57,442 nucleotides of DNA from Clostridia bacterium (lineage in GTDB: Bacteria > Bacillota > Clostridia > Oscillospirales > SIG627), in contig JAGDAA010000112.1 of the NCBI GenBank assembly GCA_017959745.1, forward strand, positions 1-57,442. The letters run 5' to 3'. Of this stretch, positions 17,401-26,915 are shown one piece after another (within the stretch, counting starts at the first letter, position 1; every line of letters begins with the position of its first letter). The notes under the pieces are model-generated. The model searched no databases, was not told where the DNA came from, and saw nothing but the letters and a program-made list of their open reading frames with translations. The position numbers and the translations under genes are program-made.

Positions 17401-19500
17401 GGCTCCGTCATCACCGTCATGGAGCGCGTCAACGGCTATCTGCACTGGAGCAGCGAAAACTGGATCTACAACCTGACCGACGCCGCCGTGGCGAACGCCT
17501 TGGTGACCATCGTCTATACCGACGGCACCAGAAAAACGGCGAAGATCTGGGACGAGGTGGACGGTTACTACGTCAATTCCGACAGCTCCGATCAAAACGT
17601 GAAACCCTGGACCGTGGGCGGCGAGAACTACGCGACTGCCACCTATCTGGGGAAAGAAGTCAGGATCCCCGTGACGGTCGCGCCCAATCCCCTGAAGAGC
17701 ATCACCGTCACCGACTCTCCCACCCGGGAATACGTTTACGGCGACCCGGCGTACGGCGATGATTACGGCTACGGCTACAACCTGTGGCCCAGGGATCTTA
17801 CGGGTCTGGTCTTCGTCGCCGAGTATACCGACGGGACACGTGAGACCCTCTACGGCGCCGACGCGGACACCACCCGCCTCACCATCGCCTGCACGGCGGG
17901 CGAGTTCGAGTACAGAGTGTATCTGAAGGGATCTACCCCCGAATCCGGCAAGGCGGGCGTTGCCTTTGAATGGCTGGGACAGTCCGCGACCTATGAAGTC
18001 AACGTGGTGCCGTCTCCCGTTTCCGGCTTGACCGTCACGGCGCTTCCCACCCTCACCTCCGTGGAAGAGTACTATGAACCCAACTGGGACGGTTTGAGCT
18101 TCACCGTGGCACCCGTCAAGGGCGCCCCCTATACCGTCACCGTCACCGACAGCGCCTCCCACTACGACTACACCGAAGATCAGGGCCTGACCTTCTCCTT
18201 TGCGGCGGGACCGTACACCGGATGGATCGGCAGCCGGAACGGCGTCTACGTTCTGAACGTGGCGGGCTGTGAATGCGAGATCGAAGGGATGGAGGAGACC
18301 TTCGGCACCGTGGCTGAAGTGGAGCTCAGCAAGTACACCCCGGGCAGCACCGGCGCCACGGCGACCCTCACCCACGACGACGGATCCGTGGAGACCGTTC
18401 AGCTGAATAACCTGGCGTACAGCTTTGAACCCGTCGATCCCTCCTCTTCCTCCTACTACGCCTACGGCTACATGACCCCCAAGGGGCTGCTGCCCATGAG
18501 TGTTTACAGCAAGTCCTCCGGCAGCGGTATGATCGCCTATCTGTACGGCAGGGGCGTCCCGCTGGAAGAGGGCGGCGTCACCTACACCTGGTCCGAGGAT
18601 TACAAGACCTGCACCGCCGAGGAAGAGGGCGGCGACAAGGAGACCGTGAACACCACCACATCTCAGGTCAAAGCCACCTGCACCGCCGCGGGTACGACCA
18701 CCTACACCGCCACCTTCACCAACGCCAAGTTCGCCACTCAGACCAAGACCGTGAAGACCGGCGCCGCCCTCGGGCACAGCTGGGGCGCGGCATCCTACGT
18801 CTGGTCCGAAGACAATACCACCTGCACCGCCACCCGCGTCTGCGCCCGTGACAATAGCCACAAAGAAGAGGAAACGGCGCCGGCGCAAAGGAGCGATAAT
18901 CCGGCGACCTGCGAAGCCGCCAACGTCACTTACACGGCGATCTTTGCCAATCCCGCCTTTGATACCCAGGTCAAGAAGACCGCCGAGAGCGGAGAAGCGC
19001 TGGGACACAACTGGGGCGATCCCGACTACACCTGGTCCGAAAACAACGCTACCTGTACCGCCGCCAGGGTCTGCGGCAGGGACGCTTCCCACGTGGAGAG
19101 GGAGGTCACCCGGACCGAGTACACCGTGACCAGACAGCCCACCGCGGAGGGACCGGGCGTTGTGACCTACACGGCGACCTTTACCAACCCCGCCTTTGCG
19201 GAACAGACCCGGACTGTGGAAGTCCGCTTCGTCTGGGGCGACGCCAACGGGGACAACAAGGTGGACAACAAGGACATTGTCCGCTTGAAGAACTACCTGG
19301 CGAACCTGGATGAAGATACCGGCATTTCCTCCAACGGCACCACCACCTATGAGATTTTCCTCGGCGCGGACGCCAACGGCGACGGGGTGAAAAACAACAA
19401 GGACGTCGTCCGTCTGAAGAACTACCTGATGAACTTCGACGAGGAAACCGGAGAGTCCTTCGACGGCACCAAATTCTATACATTAGGACCCGAGGCGTAA
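11477..19500 (+). CDS. giant (~2,700 aa) secreted BspA-type LRR / Ig-like / PPC / dockerin surface protein; the signal peptide is frameshifted relative to the body in this sequence
   Basis: AAGGAG RBS plus ATG 11477 encodes MKRIFRSALALLLAIVMTVGALPLSVFA, but that frame stops at 11650. The -1 frame then runs open to 19500. See findings for the domain motifs. Confidence 0.85.
11665..13935 (+). repeat. coding array of about 30 BspA-type leucine-rich repeats (~23 aa each)
   Basis: Recurring L..V.LP..L..IG..AF..C..L pattern through aa ~90-845. Confidence 0.85.
14260..16776 (+). repeat. alternating PPC-like and Big_2 Ig-like modules (5 PPC-like, 4 Big_2)
   Basis: PPC-like: ...YFSFTPTVTGNYAFTS...DTYGQIFD...YDDDS... 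Big_2: VTGITLDK...VEWTSSDESVATVS..G.V.....G.A.ITAT...L.A.CAVTV. Five PPC-like modules are interleaved with four Big_2 modules. Confidence 0.7.
18574..19227 (+). repeat. three ~65-80-aa Cys-containing repeats of unknown family
   Basis: Y(T/V)WSE(D/N)..TCTA.RVC.RD.SH.E.E...TYTA.F.N..F..Q.K.....G.ALGH.WG occurs three times. Confidence 0.7.
19228..19470 (+). other. type I dockerin module (two Ca-binding F-hand repeats)
   Basis: GDANGDNKVDNKDIVRLKNYL and GADANGDGVKNNKDVVRLKNYL. Confidence 0.8.
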
Positions 19501-19526
19501 GCATTGCCGCACCGCGGGTCAGAAAA

Positions 19527-19563
19527 GAAACCGGGAACGGATTTTCCGTTCCCGGTTTCTTTC
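19527..19563 (+). terminator. rho-independent terminator of the giant gene
   Basis: GAAACCGGGAACGG-ATTT-TCCGTTCCCGGTTTC-TTT. Confidence 0.8.
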
Positions 19564-19628
19564 GCGCGCTTGTCTGTCCCGGCGGTCCTTCGGGAACAGG
19601 GCGGGAACGGCTATTTTCGCCGGAACGC

Positions 19629-19657
19629 TTGAAATGCGGCGTCGCTTCGTGTATAAT
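19629..19657 (+). promoter_or_regulatory. near-consensus sigma-A promoter of the lgt operon
   Basis: TTGAAA-17 nt-TATAAT. Confidence 0.65.
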
Positions 19658-19699
19658 AGATAATGGTTTGGTATTGTGCGAAAAAACAAGGAGGACGTT

Positions 19700-20863
19700 A
19701 TGCTGTTTGCTTCGGACATAACCACGGTGGAATTCCCGAAACTGGGACTGGGTCCGTGGGAATTGGAACGCTACGTATTCCAGAATCTGTTTAACCGGCT
19801 TTCCGTCGCCTGGTACGGGCTGATCATCTGCTGCGCTATGATCCTGGCGTGCTATGTGATCCTGCGGAACGCCCGGATCAGGGAGGGCTTCCGGAGGGAT
19901 TCCTTCGTGGACTACTTCCTGGCGGCGATCCCTCTTTCCATTGTGGGCGCCCGGATGATGTACGTTCTGACCAGGTTGGATCTGTACGATTCCTTCTGGG
20001 ACGCCTTCAAGATCTGGGAGGGGGGGCTCGCGATCTACGGCGGCGTGATCGGCGGCATCATCGCGGTGGCGCTGGTGAGCTATTTCAAGAAGGATCCCTT
20101 CCTCAAGGTGATGGACGCCATCGTGCCCGGTTTGATCCTGGCGCAGTGCATCGGGCGCTGGGGGAACTTTATCAACGGAGAAGCCCACGGCACCGTCACG
20201 GAACTGCCCTGGGGTATGATGATCAACGGGGAGGGTCCCTTCCACCCCACCTTTCTGTATGAATCCCTTCTGACCCTGACGGGCTTTATTCTCCTGCAGT
20301 TCGTTTTATACAGGAGAAAGAAGTTTGACGGCACCCTTCTCTGCGGTTACCTGGTGTGGTATGGCGTGGGACGCGCCTTCATCGAGGGCTTGCGCACGGA
20401 TTCCCTGTATTTCGGGCCGCTGCGCGCCAGTCAGGTGATCGGCGTTGTCAGCGCTCTGGCGGGCGCGGTTTTGTTCTTCCTCCTGCGCGCCGCCGCTGTG
20501 AAGAATTTGGCGCCGGCGGATGACGCGCCGGAAACGGACGGGGAAGAAGAGAGTGCCGGAGAAGCGGCGGAGACGGAACAAGAGATGACGGAAGAAGGGA
20601 AGGAAGCGCCCGAGTCAGCTTCGGAGGAAGAAGCCGCCGAACCGGACGCGGCAACCGAAGAAGCCAAAGAGGAACTGCCGGAGCCGCCCGCTCCCGCGAA
20701 GAAAAAAGGAAAAAAGAAGAAAAAGAAGAGCGAGTCCGCGGCTGAAGAGAAGCCGGCAGAAGAGACAGAAGAGAAACCGGAAGAGAAGCCGGAAGAGAAA
20801 CCGGCGGAAGAGGCAATAGAGGAAAAACCGGAGGAAAGCGCGGAGAATACTGAAGGAAACTGA
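19700..20863 (+). CDS. lgt: prolipoprotein diacylglyceryl transferase with a long acidic/lysine-rich C-terminal tail
   Basis: [12 protein letters not shown] and [13 protein letters not shown] motifs. Start set at ATG 19700, after the AAGGAGG RBS. Confidence 0.9.
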   Translation: MLFASDITTVEFPKLGLGPWELERYVFQNLFNRLSVAWYGLIICCAMILACYVILRNARIREGFRRDSFVDYFLAAIPLSIVGARMMYVLTRLDLYDSFWDAFKIWEGGLAIYGGVIGGIIAVALVSYFKKDPFLKVMDAIVPGLILAQCIGRWGNFINGEAHGTVTELPWGMMINGEGPFHPTFLYESLLTLTGFILLQFVLYRRKKFDGTLLCGYLVWYGVGRAFIEGLRTDSLYFGPLRASQVIGVVSALAGAVLFFLLRAAAVKNLAPADDAPETDGEEESAGEAAETEQEMTEEGKEAPESASEEEAAEPDAATEEAKEELPEPPAPAKKKGKKKKKKSESAAEEKPAEETEEKPEEKPEEKPAEEAIEEKPEESAENTEGN

Positions 20864-20864
20864 T

Positions 20865-21725
20865 ATGGCGGAAAGAATTGACGGAAAAGCCGCGGCGGCG
20901 GACCTGCGGGGGCGCATCGCGGAGGAAACACGCGTTTTGAAGGAGAAAACGGGCGTCACGCCGGGGCTGGCGGTGATCCTGGTGGGGGATGATCCCGCCT
21001 CCCGGGTCTACGTACAGAACAAAAAGCGCGGTTGTGAGGAAGTGGGCTTTTATTCCAGGTCCTTCCACCTGCCCGCGGACACGGGGATGGAGGCGCTTCT
21101 GGATCTGATCCGGACCCTGAACGGGGACGAGGCGATCCACGGCATCCTGGTCCAGCTTCCCCTGCCCGCCCATCTGGATGAAAAAACGGTCACGGAAGCC
21201 ATCGCCCCGGAAAAAGACGTGGACGCTTTTACCTACGCCAATGTGGGGCGGATCGTTTCCGGGGATTTCGACCTGGTGCCCTGCACCCCCGCCGGCATTA
21301 TGGCGCTGCTTTCCATCTACGGGGTCTCCCCGGACGGGAAGCACGCCGTGGTGGTGGGACGGAGCAACATTGTGGGCAAGCCCATGGCGCTTTTGCTCCT
21401 GCATCAGAACGCCACGGTGACCATTTGCCACTCCCATACGAAAAACCTTAAGGAGATCTGCCGGGAGGCGGACATCCTGGTGGCGGCGGTTGGCAAGCCG
21501 CGCTTTATCACACGGGATATGGTGAAAGAAGGCGCGGTGGTCATCGACGTGGGCATCAACCGGACGGAAACGGGACTGGTGGGCGACGTGGATTACGAGG
21601 GGGTGGAGCCCCTGGCGTCCAAGATCACCCCGGTGCCCGGCGGTGTGGGACCTATGACCATCACCATGTTGCTCCAAAACACCCTGACGGCGGCAAAACG
21701 CGCCGCGGAAAGAGAAAAACCGTGA
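20865..21725 (+). CDS. folD: bifunctional methylenetetrahydrofolate dehydrogenase / methenyl-THF cyclohydrolase
   Basis: [39 protein letters not shown] and [11 protein letters not shown]. Confidence 0.95.
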   Translation: MAERIDGKAAAADLRGRIAEETRVLKEKTGVTPGLAVILVGDDPASRVYVQNKKRGCEEVGFYSRSFHLPADTGMEALLDLIRTLNGDEAIHGILVQLPLPAHLDEKTVTEAIAPEKDVDAFTYANVGRIVSGDFDLVPCTPAGIMALLSIYGVSPDGKHAVVVGRSNIVGKPMALLLLHQNATVTICHSHTKNLKEICREADILVAAVGKPRFITRDMVKEGAVVIDVGINRTETGLVGDVDYEGVEPLASKITPVPGGVGPMTITMLLQNTLTAAKRAAEREKP

Positions 21726-22924
21726 AGAGATTATTCACCGGCGCCCTGGCGCTTTTGATGGTCCTCACCCTGTTCGCCGGCTGCGGAAAAGAGGAGGCGG
21801 CGACGGAGACCGTGACCGCGGAAACGGCTGAACCCGCCCTGGAGGCGATCATCGCGGATTACCTGGGAAAGCTCCACGGCGGCGCCTACGATTCAGAGCG
21901 GCTGTTTGACTATGAGGACTTTTCGGCGTACTTCACCTTAGGGGCATACAAGGGGCTGAGCTATCCGGAGGACGATTACCTCCGTACGGAGGCCACCGAT
22001 CAGGAAGTGGAGAGCTACCTGGTGGTCGCCGTGATGAACGGCGTGGTCACGGATGAACAATATACCCTTCTCACCGAAGGGGAGGTACAGCGATATGACG
22101 TGGCGCACCTGGTTTACGAGGGCTCCTTCGACGGGATGCCCCAGGACAGCGCCACCACCGGTCCCGAGGGCGTGGACCTGATCATCGGAAGCGGTTCCTA
22201 TATCACGGGGTTTGAAGAGGGGCTAATCGGAAGCGCCATCGGCGGTACCGTGACCCTGGATCTCGCCCTTTCCCCTTACTACGGCAACGAGGACCTGGCG
22301 GGAAAAAAGATCCGCTTCAACGTGACGGTGGAGCAGGTCCGGCGCCCCGCGCTTCCGGAGATCACCGCGGAGACGATCAATCAGATCTACGGGACGGATT
22401 TTCCGGATATGGAAACCGTCCGAAGCGCCTTGAAGGAAGAATTGAACGCGGACCGCGCCGCGCAAGCCCAGAGTTCTCTGGACAGCTATCTCCAGGCGAA
22501 GATCCTGGCGGGCAGTAAATTGATTTCTTACCCGGAAAAGGAAATGGCGCATTACCGGGCGTATTTTGAGACCTATATCCGGCAGTACGCCGACGCCCAA
22601 CAGCAGAGCCTGGAGGACTATCTGGCGGGACAGGGCTTCACCCCGGAGGAATTTGAGGAAAAGAAAGAGGAATATGCCCGTTCCTCCTGTGAAATGGACC
22701 TGATGATCTTTTCCATCGTCAGGGCGGAGAAGATCGAGGCGACGGACGAACAGATCTCCGCTCTGATGGAGGGGATCTGCGCGAACGTTCAAGGCGACGC
22801 CTCTCCCCGGGAAACCATCGATCGATATATGGAAAACTACGGACCTTTTTATTTTGAAAACCGGATCAAAAGCGCCGCCGCCATGGAGCTTGTCCGGAAG
22901 TCGGCGGTCCGGGAAAACGCCTGA
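21722..22924 (+). CDS. lipoprotein with a trigger-factor-like PPIase plus C-terminal chaperone domain
   Basis: Lipobox LTLFAGC. FKBP/trigger-factor PPIase-like stretch [26 protein letters not shown]...[15 protein letters not shown]. The GTG start overlaps the folD stop (GTGA). Confidence 0.7.
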   Translation: MKRLFTGALALLMVLTLFAGCGKEEAATETVTAETAEPALEAIIADYLGKLHGGAYDSERLFDYEDFSAYFTLGAYKGLSYPEDDYLRTEATDQEVESYLVVAVMNGVVTDEQYTLLTEGEVQRYDVAHLVYEGSFDGMPQDSATTGPEGVDLIIGSGSYITGFEEGLIGSAIGGTVTLDLALSPYYGNEDLAGKKIRFNVTVEQVRRPALPEITAETINQIYGTDFPDMETVRSALKEELNADRAAQAQSSLDSYLQAKILAGSKLISYPEKEMAHYRAYFETYIRQYADAQQQSLEDYLAGQGFTPEEFEEKKEEYARSSCEMDLMIFSIVRAEKIEATDEQISALMEGICANVQGDASPRETIDRYMENYGPFYFENRIKSAAAMELVRKSAVRENA

Positions 22925-22971
22925 TGATCGGGGCGCAAAGTTTTCCCGCTTGCCGTTAGGAGAACCAAACT

Positions 22972-24060
22972 ATGAAAAAAGCCATCGCGCTTCTTATGGG
23001 ATTTGCTTTTCTGTTTCTGCTCAGCGCTGACGAGCCGCCTGTCCCGGAGACGAAACAACGGGACTGGTATCCCTACGACCTGTCGGAATACGTGGCGCTT
23101 CCGGACTGGCACGGCATCCCCGCCGTCTTTGACGATCCCGACGTGTGTTCCGAGGAGGAGATCGACGAGGGGATCCGCCAGGTGATGCTCAGCTACGCCA
23201 CTTTTGATCTGAAAGAGGGGGCGGCGGAGTTGTACGACGCGGTGCATTGCGACGTGTTCGTGTATTTCGGGGATACGCTGCTGGAGGACCAGACGCAAAA
23301 CGATCACGAGATCGTTCTGGGGGAGGGCTCCCTGTCCGATATGGACCGCGCCCTGGCGGAGCATATGATCGGGCTTTCCGCGGGGGATGTTTGTTCGGCG
23401 GATTACACCTATCCCGACTCCTCCTATTACTACGGTGAAATGGCGGGAAAGACCGTGCGGATGGCGGCGGAGATCCACGGCGTTTACGCGCCGGATATCC
23501 CGCCCTGCGACGACAGTTTCGTTAAGGAATTGCCCGAACACGATTTTAAGACCGTTGCCGATTTCAGAGAGGCGATCCGGCAGGACATCCTGGATCAGAA
23601 GGCGGAAAGCCGGGTCTACGCCGTGTGGCGTACCTTCCTCGCCGGGGCGCGGGTGCTGAATTTCCCCGATTTTGAAATGCGGCGCTATATGGAAGACTAT
23701 ATGGCGTATTACAACGATTACGCCCGGGAATACGAATTGGATCTGGACGCCTTTTTACAGGAATACTTCAACGCCACCCGGGAGGAATTTGAGACCCAGG
23801 CCCGGGAATTTGCCCAGGACCGGGTCAAGAATGAAATGATTTTCACCCAGCTTTCCCGGGAGATGGGCACCGTCCTGTCGGAGGAGGAATACCGGGCGGG
23901 GATCCAGGCGTATTACGAAAAGGAAAAAGTGCAGTTTGAGACCCTGGAGGAGTATGTGGCGCATTATGGAGAGACGGTCCTCCGGCAGAACCTCATTTGG
24001 GACAAATCCCTGCGCAAGATGGCGCAGCAGGCGGTGAGGCTGGAGCCGGACGCCGCGTAA
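22972..24060 (+). CDS. secreted trigger-factor-like paralogue
   Basis: Signal peptide MKKAIALLMGFAFLFLLSA. Layout parallels the preceding gene (degenerate PPIase region, then a helical C-terminal domain). AGGAGA RBS. Confidence 0.6.
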   Translation: MKKAIALLMGFAFLFLLSADEPPVPETKQRDWYPYDLSEYVALPDWHGIPAVFDDPDVCSEEEIDEGIRQVMLSYATFDLKEGAAELYDAVHCDVFVYFGDTLLEDQTQNDHEIVLGEGSLSDMDRALAEHMIGLSAGDVCSADYTYPDSSYYYGEMAGKTVRMAAEIHGVYAPDIPPCDDSFVKELPEHDFKTVADFREAIRQDILDQKAESRVYAVWRTFLAGARVLNFPDFEMRRYMEDYMAYYNDYAREYELDLDAFLQEYFNATREEFETQAREFAQDRVKNEMIFTQLSREMGTVLSEEEYRAGIQAYYEKEKVQFETLEEYVAHYGETVLRQNLIWDKSLRKMAQQAVRLEPDAA

Positions 24061-24065
24061 ACGCA

Positions 24066-24352
24066 TAAAAAAAGGGCGATCCAATTCGGCGCGCTCACTT
24101 AAAGATTTATGTCCGCAAAGGGCGCCTTTTGCCCCGCACGGGCGTTGTACCCCTTGAAATAGCTTGTGCTATTCCTGCGGGGCATCGCCTACGTGCAAGC
24201 CAAAATTCACTCCTTTTCGGATACCGCTGTTTTTGACAAATAGTTTTTTCTTAAAAAGAACCACCCCAAATCAGCGATTTGGGGTGGTTCTTTGTTGCAA
24301 ACAGCGCACAAATCCCTAACTGATCGCGCCGTTCGGATCGCCCGGCTTTTTA
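24066..24352. repeat. segment bounded by long-range inverted repeats (insert in a terminator stem, MITE-like element or P1-closed RNA)
   Basis: GGGCGATCC-AATT-CGGCGCG (24074-24093) pairs with CGCGCCG-TTC-GGATCGCCC (24325-24343). An A-run lies on the left and a T-run on the right. Confidence 0.4.
24253..24296. terminator. bidirectional rho-independent terminator inside the inverted-repeat-bounded segment
   Basis: AAAAA-GAACCACCCCAAAT-CAGCG-ATTTGGGGTGGTTC-TTTGTT. Confidence 0.8.
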
Positions 24353-24361
24353 TACGCGACG

Positions 24362-25234
24362 TCATAAATGCTCTTTACAGAGGGTGAGGAAATTCTCCAC
24401 CGCCCGGGAGCGGTAGCGGTTTTTCATGGTGACCACGGCGCGCTTGGTGGCGAGCCCTCCCGCCAGCTCCCGCACCGCCAGGGTGCTTTCCCCGTCGGAA
24501 AGATAGCTGGAGGGGATCACGGCGACGCCCAGCCCGTCCTCCGCCCAGCGCAGGCAGAGGGAGAGCTGTTTGTTCACACAACGGAAGGTGGGCACCACGC
24601 CCGCTTCGTTGCACCAGCCGCAAAACATTTCCTCATAGCGGTAAATGATCAACAGAGGGAGGTCCGCCAGCTCCCGCGGGGTCAGCGCGGCGGAGCCGTT
24701 CAGCTCGGGAAACCGGTCCGGGCGATAGGCGCAGATCAGATGCTCGTCCGGCAGATAATGAACGTCCATTTCCGGGGTGAGGGCGCAGGGGGTACGCACG
24801 ATGCCCACGTCCGCGGCGCCGTCCTCCAGCAGGGAAAGGATCACGTCCGATTCCTTTTCCTGGATCTCAAAGGTCACCTGAGGCCACTTTTCCAAAAAGG
24901 ACGGGATCACCTCCTGGAGCAGCGCCATTTCCGCGGACTGGATCAGCGCCAGCTTCAGGGAGCCGACGGTTCCGTCCTCCACGTCCCGTACCTCCTTGAC
25001 AAGGGCGCTTTCCATCAATATAATGCTTTTGGCGCGGTCGTAAAAGAGGCGCCCCGCGTCCGTCAGCTTCTGACGGCGGGAATTCCGCTCGATGAGCAGG
25101 GTGCCCATTTCCTTTTCCAGCGCCTTTAACTGGTTGGAGAGGGCAGGTTGGGCGATAAACAGCTTTTTGGACGCAGCGGTGAGGGAACCGCTGTCCACGA
25201 TTTCCACGAAGTTTCGCAGCAATTTAATGTCCAT
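24362..25234 (-). CDS. LysR-family transcriptional regulator
   Basis: N-terminal wHTH LRNFVEIVDSGSLTAASKKLFIAQPALSNQLKALEKEMG followed by a LysR substrate-binding domain. Divergent from yitT. Confidence 0.9.
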   Translation of the reverse strand: MDIKLLRNFVEIVDSGSLTAASKKLFIAQPALSNQLKALEKEMGTLLIERNSRRQKLTDAGRLFYDRAKSIILMESALVKEVRDVEDGTVGSLKLALIQSAEMALLQEVIPSFLEKWPQVTFEIQEKESDVILSLLEDGAADVGIVRTPCALTPEMDVHYLPDEHLICAYRPDRFPELNGSAALTPRELADLPLLIIYRYEEMFCGWCNEAGVVPTFRCVNKQLSLCLRWAEDGLGVAVIPSSYLSDGESTLAVRELAGGLATKRAVVTMKNRYRSRAVENFLTLCKEHL

Positions 25235-25377
25235 ACAATCTCCGCCTATTGTTAAATTTTATAGAATATAACAAATTATTCAAAAACTGTTATAGATCTA
25301 TCCCGATTATATCCGACAAAATCCGAAAAAGCAAGCTTTTTTATGGAAAATTCTTTTTTATTTTTGCGAGGTGTACT

Positions 25378-26250
25378 ATGAAGGGACTGAAAATCATCCG
25401 CAGCTACGGGATCGTCATTGCCATGGGGGTGCTAATGGCGGTGAACTACCACATACTGATCCTGCAGAACAATTTCGCTCCGGCGGGGATCAACGGCATT
25501 GCCACTATGATCCAGTACAAACTGAATTTCAGCGTGGGCTATATGTCCCTTTTGATCAACGTCCCCCTGTGTCTGGCGGCGATGTTCGTGGTGGACCGGG
25601 ATTTTGCCGCCAAGACCATGGCGTTCAACCTGGCATTCTCCGGCGCCCTTCTCCTGTTCCGGTATACCGGGATGTTGGAGATGTTCGTTTACCATACGGA
25701 AAACGGGACCAGCACGGTGCTGGCGCCCCTGGCGGCGGGCGTGAATAACGGCTTTATTTACGCCGTTGTCCTGCGGGAAAACTGCAGTCTCGGCGGTACC
25801 TCCGTGGCGGCGGCGATGGTCCACGAAAAGCGGCCGGAATTGAATCTGGTGTGGCTGAACTTCGCTATGAACTGCGTGGTGGCGATCGCCTCCTACTTCG
25901 TCTATGACTTCCGCCTGGAGCCGGTGCTTCTGTGCATCATCTACTGCTATCTCACCAGCCGGGTGGGCGAATCCGTCATCCGGGGCGGCAAGCGCCAGAT
26001 CCGGGTGGATATCGTCACCGGGGACTACGAGCCCCTTTGCCGGGAGATCATCGAGAAGCTGCATCACAGCGCCACGGTCCTGCCCGCCCGGGGCATGTAT
26101 AGCGGCAGGGAAACGGACCTGGTCATCTGCGTGATCAACCCCCGCCAGCTGACGAAGGTGAAGGAGATCGTCTCCCATTACCCCGGTTCCTTCTCCACCG
26201 TCACCACCGTGGGCGAGACGGTGGGCAATTTCAAGAGCGTGAAAGTATAA
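25378..26250 (+). CDS. YitT-family membrane protein (DUF2179 C-terminal domain)
   Basis: Multi-TM N-terminal region with an APAGINGIA motif and a soluble C-terminal domain. Start set at ATG 25378, after the GAGGTG RBS. Confidence 0.75.
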   Translation: MKGLKIIRSYGIVIAMGVLMAVNYHILILQNNFAPAGINGIATMIQYKLNFSVGYMSLLINVPLCLAAMFVVDRDFAAKTMAFNLAFSGALLLFRYTGMLEMFVYHTENGTSTVLAPLAAGVNNGFIYAVVLRENCSLGGTSVAAAMVHEKRPELNLVWLNFAMNCVVAIASYFVYDFRLEPVLLCIIYCYLTSRVGESVIRGGKRQIRVDIVTGDYEPLCREIIEKLHHSATVLPARGMYSGRETDLVICVINPRQLTKVKEIVSHYPGSFSTVTTVGETVGNFKSVKV

Positions 26251-26290
26251 TTCCCCGTCGACATTCACGGAAGGGACTTGCGCGAAAAAA

Positions 26291-26319
26291 CTTGAAAAAA
26301 CGCGAGCCCTGTGGTATAC
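26291..26319 (+). promoter_or_regulatory. sigma-A promoter of mscL with extended -10
   Basis: TTGAAA-17 nt-TATACT, with TGG immediately upstream of the -10. Confidence 0.6.
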
Positions 26320-26359
26320 TTGCCACGGATCAACCAATCATAATAGAAAGGAAGAGACT

Positions 26360-26851
26360 ATGAAAAAGTTTTTTAAGGAATTCAAAGAATTCGCCATGCG
26401 CGGCAACGTGATGGATCTGGCTGTTGGCGTCATCATCGGCGGAGCCTTCGGCGCCATCGTCACCTCCTTCATCAACGATATGGTGATGCCCCTGATCGGG
26501 CTTCTCACCGGCGGCGCCAACTTCCAGGATCAGTTCGTGATCCTGAAATGCCCGGAAGGGGTGGACAGAGCCCTGGTCACCTCTCTGGACGCGGCGAAGG
26601 AACTGGGCGTAGCCACCCTGAACTACGGCGCCTTTATCACGGCGATCATCAATTTCCTCATTATGGCGCTGGTGATCTTTGTGATGGTCAAGTCCATCAA
26701 TAAGCTCTCCACCGTAGGCAAGAAGAAGGAAGAAGAGAAGGAAGAGGAACCCACCACCAAGGAATGCCCCTTCTGCAAGAGCGAGATCGCCATCGGCGCT
26801 ACCCGCTGCCCCCACTGCACCTCCGAAATTCCCGAAGAGAAAGCGGAATAA
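26360..26851 (+). CDS. mscL: large-conductance mechanosensitive channel with a C-terminal CxxC...CxxC zinc-ribbon tail
   Basis: [40 protein letters not shown] is the MscL TM1 signature. The tail reads [23 protein letters not shown]. Confidence 0.9.
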   Translation: MKKFFKEFKEFAMRGNVMDLAVGVIIGGAFGAIVTSFINDMVMPLIGLLTGGANFQDQFVILKCPEGVDRALVTSLDAAKELGVATLNYGAFITAIINFLIMALVIFVMVKSINKLSTVGKKKEEEKEEEPTTKECPFCKSEIAIGATRCPHCTSEIPEEKAE

Positions 26852-26868
26852 CACCCGTCCTCTATACA

Positions 26869-26911
26869 GAAAAAGAGCTTGCGAACTCGCAAGCTCTTTT
26901 TCTTGTTTTTT
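26869..26911. terminator. bidirectional rho-independent terminator
   Basis: AAAAAGAGCTTGCG-AACT-CGCAAGCTCTTTTT-CTTGTTTTTT. Confidence 0.8.
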
Positions 26912-26915
26912 GTCC

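Noticed and set aside
11716-19092. 2,458-aa ORF on the reverse strand, opposite the giant surface-protein gene
   Set aside because: It is codon-aligned antisense to the sense frame. Stops would arise only from sense TTA, CTA or TCA codons, which this GC3-biased genome avoids. The product is low-complexity G/A/V/R-rich with no motifs, RBS or promoter.
11665-19227. Highly repetitive DNA considered as a possible CRISPR or non-coding tandem array
   Set aside because: The repeats are in-frame protein modules (LRR, PPC, Big_2, Cys repeats) of variable sequence, inside one continuous ORF. There is no repeat-spacer structure.
24108-24161. 17-codon micro-ORF (MSAKGAFCPARALYPLK) and a 13-codon reverse-strand ORF inside the inverted-repeat-bounded segment
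   Set aside because: Neither has a credible Shine-Dalgarno at proper spacing, and both overlap predicted RNA hairpins.
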